DNA of 64,000 nucleotides from Eledone cirrhosa (taxonomy: Eukaryota). Location: NCBI GenBank assembly GCA_964016885.1, contig OZ024741.1, positions 131,192,001 to 131,256,000 on the forward strand, written 5' to 3'. The position numbers and the translations under genes are program-made. Positions 1 through 13,903 of the stretch are shown here, in pieces (position 1 is the stretch's first letter; each line of letters starts with the position of its first letter). Below the pieces are notes generated by a model that was not told the origin of the DNA, searched no databases, and was given only the letters and a program-made list of their open reading frames with translations.

Positions 1-668
1 CTTCCATATACTGTACCGATTGTGTTGTTATTTCTGTTTACCTTTTACATATATATATATATATGAAAACAGGGAGAAAGAGACGATTATTAGGAAGAAA
101 AAAATATTTGTTTCCCTTTTTATTTCTCTCTCTCTCTTTTCTGGGTTAGAAAATGATTAAAACGAAATATTTTACTTTGTGTTAAGTGTTACGGTATTAG
201 TTGATTTATTTATTAATTAACAATGGTATTTATTTATCTACACCCTACCTAGTCCTTTTTCGTAAATAAATTAAATATTATCCAGCATGAATTGCCTCCC
301 TCTACATATTAACTCTGTAAAAAGGGAGTTCATATCAAACCTAAGTCCACTATTTGCCTCCATCATGGATCGACCAATGCACCCTTGCTATATTAACACA
401 TTTTGATCTGCTTAACTTCAAGAACTATGCCTGTAAATAACATTATTTTTTCTTTCACATTGACTTTTTATGCTCCACATTACGCCCCTTTTTTTCTTTT
501 TTCTTTTTTCTTTTTTCTTTTTTCTTTTTTCTTTTTTCTTTTTTCTTTTTTCTTTTTTCTTTTTTCTTTTTTCTTTTCACTTCATAAACCTTGTTTGTAA
601 ATAACATTATTCTTTCTGCACCATTTCTTTAACATGTAAACACCACCATTCTACACCAATACATATCA

Positions 669-710
669 CTATCATTTGATAATGCATAAAAATGCTGAAA
701 CCGGTAATAG
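669..710 (+). ncRNA. Minimal hammerhead-like motif, U3:A8 core, weak stem I
   Basis: TTGATAA-tGCAT-aaaa-ATGCt-GAAA-CCGG-TA, with palindromic stem III ACCGGT. Confidence 0.55.
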
Positions 711-955
711 ACAATTATTAAATATATAAATAGATAAATAAATACCTTTGTTAATTAATAAATAAATCAACTAATACCTTAACACTTCACACAAAGTAAA
801 ATATTTCGTTTTAATCATTTTCTAACCCAGAAAAGAGAGAGAGAGAAATAAAAAGGGAAAAAAAATATTTTTCTTCCTAATAATCGTCTCTTTCTCCCTG
901 GTTTCATATATATATATATCCTAACTCGTGTGCTTTCTCTCCACATTTTTTTTAT

Positions 956-1063
<108 letters not shown>

Positions 1064-1147
1064 AAAGGTAAACAGAAACAACAACACAATCGGTACAGTA
1101 TATGGAAGGTATATATTAGGTTAACGCTTGATATAGCAGGAAGAGGG

Positions 1148-1183
1148 TCTTAACGTTTTGGACGCTATTCTATTATCAGAAGA
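1148..1183 (-). ncRNA. Decayed minimal hammerhead in PLE 3' repeat
   Basis: Minus strand TCTT-CTGATAA-tagaatagcgtcc-aAAA-CGTT-AAGA. Stem I TCTT/AAGA; two core mutations. Confidence 0.5.
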
Positions 1184-1412
1184 AAGAATGAGAAATAAGT
1201 TAGATTGATGGGACGGGCGGGATGGAATTGGAAAAAATGTCTTTAGATAAAAATAACAGGTCCATTCATGTTGACATCTCTTGCAAAACTGTTGGTGCTG
1301 GCGTTTTGTGCATGATTTATTTTTGAGAAAAGTAGATGAAGGAGCGCGTCTACCTGAAATGGAAAAAAAAACGTTTTGTAAAAAGAGCTATACTTGTGCA
1401 CGTGCGTAAGCA

Positions 1413-1417
<5 letters not shown>

Positions 1418-1504
<87 letters not shown>
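1418..1504. repeat. (TG)n microsatellite
   Basis: Direct reading. Confidence 0.95.
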
Positions 1505-1509
<5 letters not shown>

Positions 1510-1734
1510 ATACATCCGTACGAAGCTAAGAAGAAAAGTCTGTGTATATGTGAGTAAAAGAGTGTGTGTGCATGTAAGTACGAAGCTATGAACAAAAGTA
1601 TATTAATATAAGGGTGTGTATACAGATCAGTGAAGGGAAAAGTGGAGTGAGCATATATAGTCGGCATGTAAAAGAAGCTGCTAATGATCAAGAGAAAGCG
1701 ATAGGAATCTAGGGGTGTGATAATGGACAGGGTA

Positions 1735-3235
1735 TTAGAGAAAATGGGGAGGTGAGTTGAGTCCAAGAGGGAAATAGGACCCAAGGCGGTGAATCAGACT
1801 TTGTTCAGTCCTGGTGCGCGAGGCCTGTGATCCATGATGTAAAGGGACACCCAGGACTGAAACATGTAGGGAAGAATGACCAGGAGAACAGAAATGACGG
1901 ACGACAGGAGTATCCAAACCGAGTCGTATGTCCCTCAAATTTTCGGCAAAACGGTCCACCATACGGCGTTCCGTTTGTCCGATATATAAAGATCCGCAAA
2001 GGGGACACCGAAGGGCATAGACAACGTGGGTGGATGTGCAGGTGAAGGAATGGCGGATACGGAAAGACTCGTTAGGGCTTGTAAGAGTGGTGAGGGTGGA
2101 AATAAAGGGACAAGTGTTGCAGCGGGAACGGGAACAAGGATGAAAGCCGGCTGGAGTCGTGGGAGAGGACGAAAAGGAACAGCGAACCAGGAGGTTGCGG
2201 GCGCGCTTAAAAGCAGTAATGGGTAGGTTTGGAAAAAAGCGAGAAGTGATGGGGTCAGAAGAGAGGATACGGAAGGAACGGAGGATATGTCGGCGGAGTG
2301 GTAGGGTGATGGGGTGGTAGGTGAGAGGGAAAGGAACACGGGTGTTGGGAGGACGGGGTTGAGGTGAGAGGGCTGTGGTGCGGTCTGTTTCACGGGCGCG
2401 GCTGAGAGCAGCTTGGATCAGGGTGGGGGGGATATCCACGCTGGATGACGCAGGAAGCCATGCGAAGGGAATGGGTTTCGAAATCGTCGTCCTGGCTACA
2501 GAGTCGACGAAGACGGAGGAATTGGGAATAGGTTATGTAGGATGGGAGGAGGTGAAGTCGAGGTAAGATTGGGAGTCTGTTGGTTTAATGTAGATGGAAG
2601 TAGAAGGGGTGTGGTGAGAGTGATTAATAGATAGAGAGATATCTAGAAAAGCGACAGAAGAATCGGAGACGGAAGCGGTGAAATTGAGAGCAGGATGGAA
2701 AGATTGGACAAAAGAAAGAAAACAGTCGAGCTGTTCTCGTGATAGAGAGGTGGCGCCGATACAGTCGTCGATATAACGACCGTATAGCTCAGGAGTCGGT
2801 CCAGCGTACTGGGAGAAGATCTGGGCTTCGACGTAGCCAACAAACAAGTTGGCATAGTTTGGACCCATTCTGGTTCCCATCGCTACCCCAGAGACCTGTT
2901 GATAAAATTCACCCGAAAAAAAACAATCCATGGAGGGTGAGAACAAGCTCAGCCAGACGGAGAAGAGTGGTAGTGCTGGGGTAAGGGGTAGGGCGTAAAT
3001 CTAAAAAATGTTGGAGAGTGCGGAGGCCGTCATCATGAGGGATGACGGTATAGAGAGAGGTGTTGTAAAAAGAAGGCGGGAGGGACCAGGAGGGAAGGAG
3101 AAAGAGTTGAAGAGTCTAAAAGCATGATTTGTATCGTGGATGTGGGAGGGGAGATTGCCGACCAACGGGGCGAGGATGGTGTCTAAGTATTCAGAAATTA
3201 TCTCGGTGAGGCAGTTGCTCGCAGAAACGATAACA
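1735..3235 (-). pseudogene. PLE reverse transcriptase + GIY-YIG endonuclease, disrupted
   Basis: Three ORF pieces (3001-3246, 2533-2946, 1735-2439) form one RT-EN polyprotein. Confidence 0.85.
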
Positions 3236-3258
3236 CACACATGCAATTATATATATAT

Positions 3259-3336
<78 letters not shown>

Positions 3337-3959
3337 TTCCTAGAGTGGATTTATTTCCTAGAGTGCTTAAATTATTTGTGACTAATCCCGGTATTTTTTT
3401 TTTTTTTAAAAGACCGCGATGATATTGCTTTTTGCTGAACTCCTTTTGTAGAGTTTTCTTTCGGAATGTTTTTGATTGTTGTTTCATGTAAACAAACATT
3501 TGTCTCATTCTGACGTCACCAGCCCTGTTTTTCCACATGTGCGTTTATTTTAATAACCACGCATGATGTTAAACTAGCCTGCTTCTAAATTCCCTTTTTG
3601 GCATATTACCAGTGAGACCTTGGTTACCATGTTGAGCTCTGCTGATGAACGAAAACCAACCGTGACCATCCCCACTGAAAGTTTTTGTGAAATAGTATTT
3701 TCAAGACTATACAGAGCATTTGAAGTTGTCCCAAATTGAAGGTTGAGTACTTTAGACTTTGTTTTATCATGAGTTAAGGCTCTATTGATTTTTCCCTGGA
3801 TTTCTCTAAATTCTGTTGGATAAATCTATATCCTGATTCCTTTTGAATTGAGTCTGAATTATTTTTCCCATATCTTATGTTAACTGTTTTCCCATTTTGA
3901 CGCTATAGTCACATATATGTTATGGAATACTGTTAGCTTCTCGCTACAACAATTTCTAT

Positions 3960-4046
<87 letters not shown>

Positions 4047-4484
4047 TTATATATATATGTGTGTGTGTGTGTGTATATCTATATATATATAAAACTGCTG
4101 TTGTCTCTGTGTGTGTCCTCATTTTTGCAAAGTCTATACAAATCCACATTTCTACTCCGATTGACTTCAAACTTGCATCTTTATATCCCTTGCGGTCTAA
4201 AGATACTAACTGCAGCTTTTATTTTTCAAATTTCTGTTGTTAAAGTGGAGTTAAGCGCCGGTTATCTATCTCCGTCGAGCTCTTATAATATCTGTCTGTA
4301 TGTCTGTCTGTCTGCATAACGAGATTCTGACGAACACGTCATTGCTGACGTATTATCTTCGCTACATTAACACACACACACACATATATATACTTATATA
4401 TATATACATATATATATATATATACATATATACATATACACACATATATATACACATATATATATATATATATACATATACATA

Positions 4485-4956
4485 TGTGTATATATATATG
4501 TGTGTGTGTATACATATATTTGTTTGTGTTTATTTATATATATGTGTGTATATATATATATATATTTGTATATGCAGCTTCATGTGCAAATGAGATTAAC
4601 CACCTCATTTACACAGACGATAAAACTATATATTCTAGCCTGTCTTCTAGTCCAGCAGTCGCAAGCGGTGGGAGGGGCCGTCCTGACGATAGCCAGTTAA
4701 GTCTGAAATGCATAGATGGTTGTCCCCCTTGCTTCTGCTGTTAGCCCCCCGGTGTTTGCATAGCTAGGGCTTCCTAAAACCGTATTTCTTTGGAGATACG
4801 AAATATTTATACATATTGTATAAAGCTATGCTTGAAGCGAAATCCTATTTCTTTCATATGTATATGTGTTTGTATATATACATATACATATACAAACACA
4901 TATACTTTTCTCGTCTGTGTAATGAGGTGATTAATCTCATTTGCATATGAAGCTGC

Positions 4957-4995
<39 letters not shown>

Positions 4996-5049
4996 AATAT
5001 ATACATATATATAAATAAACACAAACAAATATATGTATACACACACATA

Positions 5050-5060
<11 letters not shown>
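4485..5060. mobile_element. Fold-back PLE 3' fragment (arms ~4485-4632 and ~4900-5055)
   Basis: TATGCAGCTTCAT..GAGATTAA..ACACAGACGA is inverted at 4910-4960. Hammerhead in the spacer; flanked by TA/CA repeats. Confidence 0.75.
4676..4721 (+). ncRNA. Minimal hammerhead ribozyme motif
   Basis: GGCCGTC-CTGACGA-tagccagttaagtct-GAAA-TGCA-TA-GATGGTT. 7-bp stem I with G:U pairs; palindromic ATGCAT. Confidence 0.75.
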
Positions 5061-5088
<28 letters not shown>

Positions 5089-5099
5089 GCATACATACA

Positions 5100-5200
<101 letters not shown>

Positions 5201-5409
5201 GGGATAACATGTTATCGTTATAGGCAATCCACTTAGAGGTAGTCCAGTTAGAGTACTCCGTGTTGTGGATGGTATTTGACTCAACAAGACGCTTCCATAG
5301 TGATGCAGCGAGTTCATGGTGATTTCTATGTAGGTTATACTTGGAGTAATAATAATTCAAGAGATACGAGTAACATGGTTGTCTGTACAATAAGGGCTTT
5401 ATTCACAGT

Positions 5410-5516
5410 GCTGACAATTGTTTCTTTGATCTGGTAGCTCTAGAGTTCGCTAATCGCTAGATGTTGCGTCAATCGAACTCCAATACTTTGTTTATAACCA
5501 GTTAATTCATCAGAGC
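5410..5516 (-). ncRNA. Hammerhead motif with long stem II
   Basis: GCT-CTGATGA-[CTGGT..GAGTTCG..CGAACTC..ACCAG]-GAAA-CAATTG-TC-AGC, followed by AATAAA. Confidence 0.8.
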
Positions 5517-6250
5517 GAGTTAATGTGAGGATAATATACAAGGCATGGCTTTTATAGAGGAGTGGTATTAGACCAGAACAATAATATCAATAACAAAATA
5601 ACTAGACACTGAATAGTTAAATTAATAACATCAATATAAGTGAGAAATAGAATATAATGATAAGATGATAAAGCTAGCATGGTAACAGAAGTGATATGAT
5701 ACAGATGTATGAAGTTGACATGTGAAAAGTACTATAGGTTATTTAGACGTAGTTTTTGAGGGATGGAGAGATAACTAATAAAATGTACCCAGAGTCAGAT
5801 TTTTGGAGTCTGCCCCTTTAAGTGCAATTATGAGTGATCTAGATACAAGTGTGCTGTGGGTCTAAAGGCACGCGAGCAATAAACCGGAGATTGATTTATG
5901 GTCTGATAGATAAGTATTTTCGTTGTATTAACTTAGTTATATTGTTAGAGTGAGTGTATAAAGATATATGGTTCTTAGGTGGTATTAAGTGAAATTGTAG
6001 ATTCAGTATTTTAAGGTTTAGGTGGCTTATTTTAAATGTTGGGATTGTTAGTTCGAATCATGGGGGTTTAGTTTTCACAACTTCGATGACAAATAGTGTA
6101 TAATTAAGACAATAAATCAACAATAAAATATGCATGGTAAATAGATAGAGAACATGATGAATAAAATTAGGGATAGGGTACATTGAGATGATCATAATAG
6201 TAATAATAAGAAAATAAATAAGAAAGTAAGAGTTTCAAGGAGTGTAAGGG

Positions 6251-6346
6251 TAATAATTGTTTCTACTTTTGGCACAAGGCCAGCAATTATCACAGTACAT
6301 TACTGGTACTTTATTTTATCGACCCCGTAAGGATGAAAGGCAAAGT
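6251..6346 (-). mobile_element. SINE 3' fragment (octopus-type) nested in PLE
   Basis: GGCACAAGGCCAGC...GACCCCGTAAGGATGAAAGGCAAAG. Related pieces at 19101, 44970, 51798 and 55915. Confidence 0.75.
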
Positions 6347-6636
6347 TATAATGTACTTAGAGTTAGGTTCATCTGTTAGAGATCATGGGTGCTAATGTGA
6401 GATATGTAGATATAATTGTTTAGTCCGAAAGAATAAACAACAGCAAATGCTAGATTGATTTATGGGCTGACATGATAATTGGTAGATGTTTGTAGATATT
6501 ATTGCCCCATCTTGGTGATATAGATGTAGGGAGGCTGGAAGATGTTTATAGTTCTGGGGTGGGCTGTGTGAGAATGCGGATTTCATACGTTAAATTCCAA
6601 GTGATTTTCCATTAAGTTCGGGGAGGCTGGTTCGAA

Positions 6637-9036
6637 TCACAGTGGTTTAAAGCTCGTAAATTTAGTAGCAATCCTATGTCTGCAGAAAATTGACTTTTCT
6701 ATTTTGCTGTTAAGTAGCATTTTATCGTACCTTAAGATATGTATCAATTCAAGGTTGCAGAGCCCGCAATGGGACATACCGCTGCTATAGGCCTTTGCGG
6801 CCGCTAATTTCGACCAGATAATATTGTAATCAAGGTTTTTGTCCTTAAGTTGCCAGATTTTATTAGCGAGGGTTGTGGAATTCACCAGTGCACGGTTCTT
6901 CATTGAATGTCTGTGTACATACCATCTTTTTTTAAAAACACCCGCGGTGGATCCAATGTAGTGCCAGGTGGAGTTGTCCGAGTTTACAGTACACATGTAC
7001 ACTAAGCTAGAATCCAGGCATCTATTCGCTAATGGGCATTTATCTGGTAGCTGGCAATTGCAGTTTGAAGTATTATTCTGTGCAGCTTTCGCATTGTGGT
7101 TCTGCAAATTGTTATGTGTGGGTTACGATTCATGCCTATTGAAGTTTTGCTTTGCTGTGTTCCGATACGTTTATGGTTGTGATACTGTTATGTGTTTGTG
7201 TTTAGTGTTTGGTGCTATGTTGTGTATTTGTGGGGTAGTTTCCTTAGAGATATTCTTGTGGTTGATCTTACGTATGTGCAATTCAATGTTGGCAGCAGTA
7301 GAGTATGAAAGTTTTATAGTTTTTCTATTGAAGATTTTATGGTATGTATGTGATGTAGGGAAGTGTTTATCTATTAGTTTAAAAAACGTAGAAGGCAGTT
7401 TAGTTCTTATAGAGGAGTTGAAGATCGGATTAAACCATAGGTATTTTCTTTCTCTAGTTCTTCTATAGTTTTGGGTTTTTTTATTATTAGTGTTTAGTCT
7501 TCCTACTCTTGGTGCTAATTGTTTAGTTCTATGCCTAGTCCTGTATCTTTTATTTTGGTATGGGCGGTTGGTGTTGGTGTTATCTGGGGTGTTTGTGTCG
7601 TCCTTATCAGTTATAAACTGCAGCTTATCCTTGTGTCCAGCCCTATGTAATGCTACGTTATACTAATTAGCATGTTCATTAACATTTCTAGGTTTGAGGA
7701 TAGGCGGGATATTCTAAGGGATATACTACGTGCTAAGGATTTAATTATGGAACGGGGGTGGTTCGAGTTGTAACTAATGTAGGCTAGATTTTCATTATTT
7801 TTGTGGAAGGGTTCTATCAATCCTGTGTTTAGGTTTAGAGTTATATCTAAAAAGTTTCTTTTTTAGAATTTAGTTCGAAAGTAATATCTAGGCCTCGTTT
7901 TTTTAAGAATGTTCTGTTTTTTCGTAACCTTTCCATGTTCTGGTTATTTAAGTTTTTAGCTATAATGAGCGTGTCATCTCTATAAATTCCTCCTTGGAGG
8001 TTATTGAAACCTTTATGTAGGTTGTGTGCTATAAATATCCCCACAACGTCCGTTATTTGCGCTGAGTCGTTCAATCCCATTGGGATATCGAAGCTATTCC
8101 TCCTATTTTTTCTTTCCCAGTAGCTATTTTCAAATTTTATGATAGTCCTTCTAGCAGCTAGTATTATTTTAATTTCATCTGAGGTAAGATCTGAGTTATT
8201 TTGGGCAAAGGTTAGCGCTTTATTTAGGGTGACTGGGGAGATTGATGCGTAGTAATCATTTATGTCGAATTGAATGAAGTTGTATGTTTCTCTGTTTCTT
8301 ATTTTACTGAACCATTCTATTGCTTCGCTAGTGTTACCCCATAAACTGATTTCCAGTTTTCCATTAATTTGTGCGATTACCCTATCTAGAATGTTTTTGC
8401 TTATTTTACCGATATCTGACTTAGATGGGCATATTAATCTAATTGTAGGGTTTGTTTCAAAAATATTTTTGTGATCCTTAAGGCTAAATGTGGGGTTACA
8501 TGGGGTTAGAGGTTCGGTTCTATCGGATATTTTCAGTTTTCTACTATGCTAAGTCCTTCCTTATTAATGCTAGGGAGTGTAGATTCATTTGTTTTTTTTT
8601 AAGTTCTTTTTTGCAGTTCACGTCGGATGAAATTATTGTATGTATTAAGGTCCATCGTATATACGTTTGATGTTTTGTCTGCTTTAACTATGATACCGTT
8701 GGTGCTTCTAAGTTTTTTTAGTAGTGTATTGATGTCGTTTTGTAATTTGATGTGATGTGTTTGCTTTATGAATTTAGTTCTACTTATCATGTTCATAAGA
8801 TCCAGCTCGAAGGCATCGAGTGTGGGGTTATTTGCTGGGTTCTTGCAGGATTTGAATCCGTAGTTCTCTTTAGTAAATTCCTCCATGTTATTAGCGGGTC
8901 CTTTGTCGTAGTGGTAAGCTTTCCATCGGATTCGGCGGATGAATTCATTAGTCCGTTGTATCATGCCAAGTGTATATTCCTTATTTGTAGGTATAGGTAT
9001 GTTTTTCAGTGACATGCTTATGTGGTGTTTTTCCAT
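6637..9036 (-). pseudogene. PLE RT + GIY-YIG polyprotein, frameshifted
   Basis: Motif-bearing ORF fragments in different frames. Confidence 0.85.
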
Positions 9037-9260
9037 GTTGTTGCCGTGCGTTAATGTTGTTGCTCAACCTGGTGGGAGCTATGTATACGGGATAACAAGT
9101 TATCGTTATAGGCAATCCACTTAGAGGTAGTCCAGTTAGAGTACTCCGTGTTGTGGATGGTATTAACGTATTGCTTAGTTTGACTCAACAAGACGCTTCC
9201 ATAGTGATGCAGCGAGTTCACGGTGATTTCTATGTAGGTTATACTTGGAGTAATAATAAT

Positions 9261-9295
<35 letters not shown>

Positions 9296-10297
9296 GATAC
9301 ATTGTTGGTCGTTTTAACCCGTCTTTTATTATTCAAAAAACTTCTTGCCAATAAACATTAACCCTTTGAGCGCCATTCATCTAAATCTAGACCAACAAAT
9401 ACCAACTAAACGGAGCGTTGACAAGAACGATGGCGAATGAATCTTCGAGGTAAGCAGTTTCCTCCCGAGCTGTTAGTTCACGCGGGATTCTCTGCTACAC
9501 CTTTTCGTAATAATACCGGACAATACTGCTGATCACTCCTACCTCCAAAAGCCGTACAAAGCGGACATGTGTATCGGGCAGATGGATCGGGTTAAAATCT
9601 ACACCAGACCTACACGAGAAATTCGCAAGGGATTGCACCGAGAGGGATAGAGAGAAAGAGTAACTTAGTGGAAAGTGTCCGATTGAACTTTTGAGGTAAG
9701 TAGCCTACGCCTTACTGCTATGACACTGGAACCTTCTGCCAACTTAACCTGTGACTTTCTCTTTCACATTTACTCCAAAAGGCCAAAACAGAGGAGTATG
9801 AAAAGAAGGGGCTCAACAATATGTCTATGAACAATGCACGTAGACAGCTAAACTGTACTTTCAACTTCTTAATTTTCTCCAAATAAAACAAGTTTCCTGT
9901 CGGTATATTTTCGTGAGTTTTTAACAGGCACTCACAAATAAACGTTTCTCATTGGAGGTGTTATTACCAATGTTCTTACCCGTGAAATGCCGGAATACAC
10001 TGCTAGTGTATATACATATATATAAAACTGTAGTTGTCTGCGTGTGTGTCCTCATTTTTGCAAAGTCTATACAAATCTATATTTCTATTCCGATTGCCTT
10101 CAAACTTGCATTTATATATTCCTTGTGGTCTAAAGATATTAACTGCAGCTTTTATTTTTCAATTTTCTGTTGTTAAAGGGGTGTTAGGCGCCGGTTACCG
10201 ATCTCCGTCGCGCCCTTATAATAACTGTCTGTATGTCTGAATGTCTGCATAACGACATTATGACCAACACTTCATTGCTGACGTATTATCGTCGCCA

Positions 10298-10415
<118 letters not shown>

Positions 10416-10426
10416 CATATATACAC

Positions 10427-10500
<74 letters not shown>

Positions 10501-10505
<5 letters not shown>

Positions 10506-11820
10506 TGAAAAAGAACAAAGGAACTATTATGACATTATAACAAGTTTATTGCCGACAGCCGTTTCGTCCGACCACATGGTGGGACTTTTCAAGGCATATA
10601 ACATGTGACTGTAAGATCATTATCTACATCAACGTATCACTCAAGGCTAGCAGTTTGAATACATCAGCAGCTCGGCTTGTATAGTTGGGGTCTATATTCT
10701 AAGGGGGCTCTTTTATATTAGTTGTCGGGGTCAGGGATTGAAGGTTAAAAATTAGATAATATATAATTTACGCATTAACAGTAAACTAAAAGACTTGGGG
10801 TCCCGTAGAAGCACCTTAAAAAATCCCTCAATAAGTGCATAAAGCTTACAGGCTCCAATAAACCTACTAAACTAGAAGAAATTAAGAGGCTAATAAAAAT
10901 AAAAAATAAAAAAGATAAAGTTTCCCTAAAAAAATATATAAAGTTTTCTATGAAATTCCTTCTAGAGAAAAAAGTTTTTTTACGAAAGAAAAAAACTTTC
11001 TTCCCCCGAGATCACGTTTACAAATTTCAGAAAACTTACGAAGTTTTGATATTCCCTACTAAGTTGAAAGAAACTAATCAATTAAAGGTTTATTCAAAGA
11101 GCCTTCTATAGTTCTCTCAGAAAAGGCCCCTTTAATATTTTTAATAGGAACCTCCTCCGAGAGACCCTTCGAAGAATTAAAATTTTAGAGAGCCTTTAAG
11201 GATATATATAAAAACGAATTGAGGAAAACTATACATTAAAAGTTAAAAATTACGGTATTTGGGATATCCGAGGAATTTTCAAAGGGCTGCTTCAGCAGAT
11301 ACAACTTAGGCATAATAGATACAATAATTTAAGTAATTTAAGTAATTTAATTAGGGAGCAATTCAAAGAGTTTATCAAGTTGGGCAAGATTAAAGAGAGT
11401 GGTAAATAAGAAAATACATAAGCAAAAAGACAATAATTATAAAATGTATTTTTAAGAAGGTATAAGGTAGCTTCAGTAATCTAACAATGTATTATCACAA
11501 AAATCATTATAAAATTATTGATACAGGATTAACAAAGACATAATAATATATATTCCTGCCTAATTAACAAGTAATCAAAACACTATTAACAGTCAGGCAA
11601 AATTAGCTCAGGGATATCCCGCGCTCGGATACTTTACACACATACAGCAACACATAGGATTAGCACAGACACAATGGTATATTCCTGCCTAATTAGCAAA
11701 CAATCGATTAACAATTGATGGTCAAGAAAATGTACTCAGGGATATCCCGCGCACGGATATTTACATACATACAACAGGATGAACAGTACTGGTGACCGTG
11801 TGGGCGCGATATCCATTATG
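10501..11820 (-). mobile_element. Probable PLE 3' non-coding fragment
   Basis: Hammerhead plus AATAAA near the (TA)n-abutting end. AT-rich, with an internal ~130-bp tandem duplication at 11547-11785. Confidence 0.55.
10550..10596 (-). ncRNA. Hammerhead motif, U3:A8 core
   Basis: TGCC-TTGAAAA-GTCCcACCAtgTGGTcGGAC-GAAA-CggctG-TC-GGCA-ATAAA. Confidence 0.8.
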
Positions 11821-11980
11821 CGTATGTATATATATATATATATACATATACAAACACATATACACACATATATATATACACATATACATATATATAAATA
11901 TACACTTAAAAATCTATCTGTCTATCTATCTAGGGCGGGTAAAATTCCCGAGATCGATGGACGAGTTCTCTCCACCGTGA

Positions 11981-12693
11981 GTTTTGGCCGTGTAAAAAAT
12001 TCAAACAACAAAAGATCCCCAATAGTGGGGAAACTTCCGAGGGACACTCGTGGCGAAAACCACACAAAAGACCACGGCCACCCTGACCTCCAGGGCAAGC
12101 GCCCTCTCTCAGTTTTCCACTCCTCAGTCTACAGGCGCATACTCAGAGCTGGCTGGGTCATGCGCCGGACATGTCCAGATGCTCGGCACCGCTCTCAAGG
12201 AATCAGAAGCAGTGACAGGAGCAAAGTTAAACCAGGAAAAGTCGGTGGGCTTGCAGCTCGGCACCTGGAGAGGCAAGTCCATGCCGCCCGACAGCGTCGT
12301 GGGGCGATGGACGGAAGGACCGGTTAAATTGCTCGGGGTCTGGTTCGGTCCGGACCTCCAGATGGAGAAAAACTGGAGCGAGGTGACGAACAGGGTGGCC
12401 TCTCTCACCCAGAAATGGGCCGAGAGGAAGCTGTCCCTGAAAGGTCGGGCAGAGGTGGCGAATGCGTTCATCGCATCCGTCATCTGCTACCGCCTAACCG
12501 TTGTGCCTTGCCCCGGCCCAAATCTGACAAAAAGGGAGCACCTCTACTTCCGCTTTTTATGGAAGGGACGTGCTCCCATGGTCAGACGATCCATCTGCTG
12601 TCAAGATCCGTTGCGTGGAGGGCTGGGCGTGCCGTGGCTGATGATGCCCAAACACGCGCTGAGGCTGCGACATCTCTGGTGCTTCCTTGATGG
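11981..12693. mobile_element. Tx1-like LINE fragment with 5' inversion
   Basis: 11981-12180 is the ORF2 end and 3' UTR on the minus strand (matches 51440-51660). 12183-12693 is an internal ORF2 segment on the plus strand (EKSVGLQLGTWRG...HALRLRHL). Confidence 0.85.
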
Positions 12694-12728
12694 TGCAAAA
12701 ATGAGGACACACGCACACACACACACCA

Positions 12729-12810
<82 letters not shown>

Positions 12811-12835
12811 TTTCACTTTTATATATATGTATAGA
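12694..12835 (-). mobile_element. Helitron 5'-end fragment
   Basis: Reverse complement reads TCTATACATATATATAAAAGTG..(TG)n..GTGTCCTCATTTTTGC, like 4078 and 10007. Confidence 0.5.
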
Positions 12836-12889
12836 TATACATACATATACAAACACATATACGCATATATATATATATATATATTTCGT

Positions 12890-13425
12890 TTCTGAATTTG
12901 TTTAGCAAGATTCTTTATCTGAAATCGTGTGTTGAAACCGATATTGTTATACTTTGGGAGGGTCATGTTGCCAATAAGAAACACACGCACCAGTTGCTTT
13001 CACTTCAATTTATTATAATAAATTTATAAATTTCTGGTTGGTTGGTTCCACAACCAGATAGTTGTTTATATATTGTCAAAGTTCTTTCGTCACACATTAT
13101 GTGACCTCTTCAGTGACTGGGGATTCTTTTCTTTGTTTTTGTGTCTCTCCTTTGTTCTGTCCTACGAGAAACAAAATGGCGTAGGACAGAACAAAGGAGA
13201 GACACAAAAACAAAGAAAAGAATCCCCAGTCACTGAAGAGGTCACAGAATGTGTGACGAAAGAACTTTGACAATATATAAACAACTATCTGGTTGTGGAA
13301 CCAATCAACCAACCAGAAATATATAAATTCCTAAATTTATCAATTTATTATAATAAATTGAAGTGAAAGCAACTGGTGCGTGTGTTTCTTATTGGCAACA
13401 TGACCCTCCCAAAGTATAACAATAT
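12890..13425. mobile_element. Fold-back PLE 3' fragment (arms 12941-13166 and 13180-13425)
   Basis: Near-perfect ~230-bp inverted repeat with a 13-nt loop, a hammerhead in each arm, and (TA)n flanks. Confidence 0.85.
13229..13271 (+). ncRNA. Minimal hammerhead motif (mirror copy at 13075-13117, minus)
   Basis: GTCA-CTGAAGA-gGTCACAgaatgTGTGAC-GAAA-GAAC-TT-TGAC. Confidence 0.8.
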
Positions 13426-13496
13426 ATATATATATATATATACACATATACCTATATATAAATATACACATAAAAATATATCTATTTACTATCTAT

Positions 13497-13711
13497 CTAG
13501 AGCGGGTAGAATTCCCAAGATCCATGGACGAGTTCTCTCCAGCCGTCTCTGTCCCTCATTATCGCTGCCATGTCCTGCGTCTGCAACAGACCAGTGTCTG
13601 TCCATAGGGCATCAACATATGTTAACTTCGTTCTTCCTCTTCTAGTATGTTCATGCAGAGGTTCCCACAGGAGCACTGAGTGCAGTGGATGTCGGTGAGC
13701 ATATCCAGTTT
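13497..13711 (-). mobile_element. RTE-like LINE 3' fragment (stub also at 11931-11977)
   Basis: HSVLLWEPLH..RGRTKLTYVDAL..DTGL..MRDRDGWRELV, with a (GATA)n tail. Confidence 0.75.
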
Positions 13712-13835
13712 GTGAGCTTTTAACAGGCACTCACAAATAAACGTTTCTCATTGAAGGTGCTATTACCAATGTTCTTACCCGTGCAACGCCGGGATACACT
13801 GCTAGTATATATATATATGTATATACATATACATG

Positions 13836-13903
<68 letters not shown>

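Larger units (their letters stand above)
1109..3235 (-). mobile_element. Penelope-like element (Neptune-like), 5'-truncated and frameshifted
   Basis: RT motifs GVAMGTRMGPNYANLF and YGRYIDD (2533-2946). Cys linker PCSRSRCNTC and GIY-YIG VVYALRCPLCGSLYIGQTER (1735-2439). The 3' UTR has a decayed hammerhead. Confidence 0.9.

Noticed and set aside
3643-3660. CTGATGA-AC-GAAA hammerhead-like string
   Set aside because: No stem II, and no stem III or cleavage triplet pairing.
9358-9400. TTAA-CCCTTT piggyBac-like terminus
   Set aside because: No matching opposite TIR or transposase remnant was found.
11547-11785. Direct repeats as a CRISPR-like array
   Set aside because: Only two diverged ~130-bp units in a eukaryotic TE context; no spacers or cas genes.
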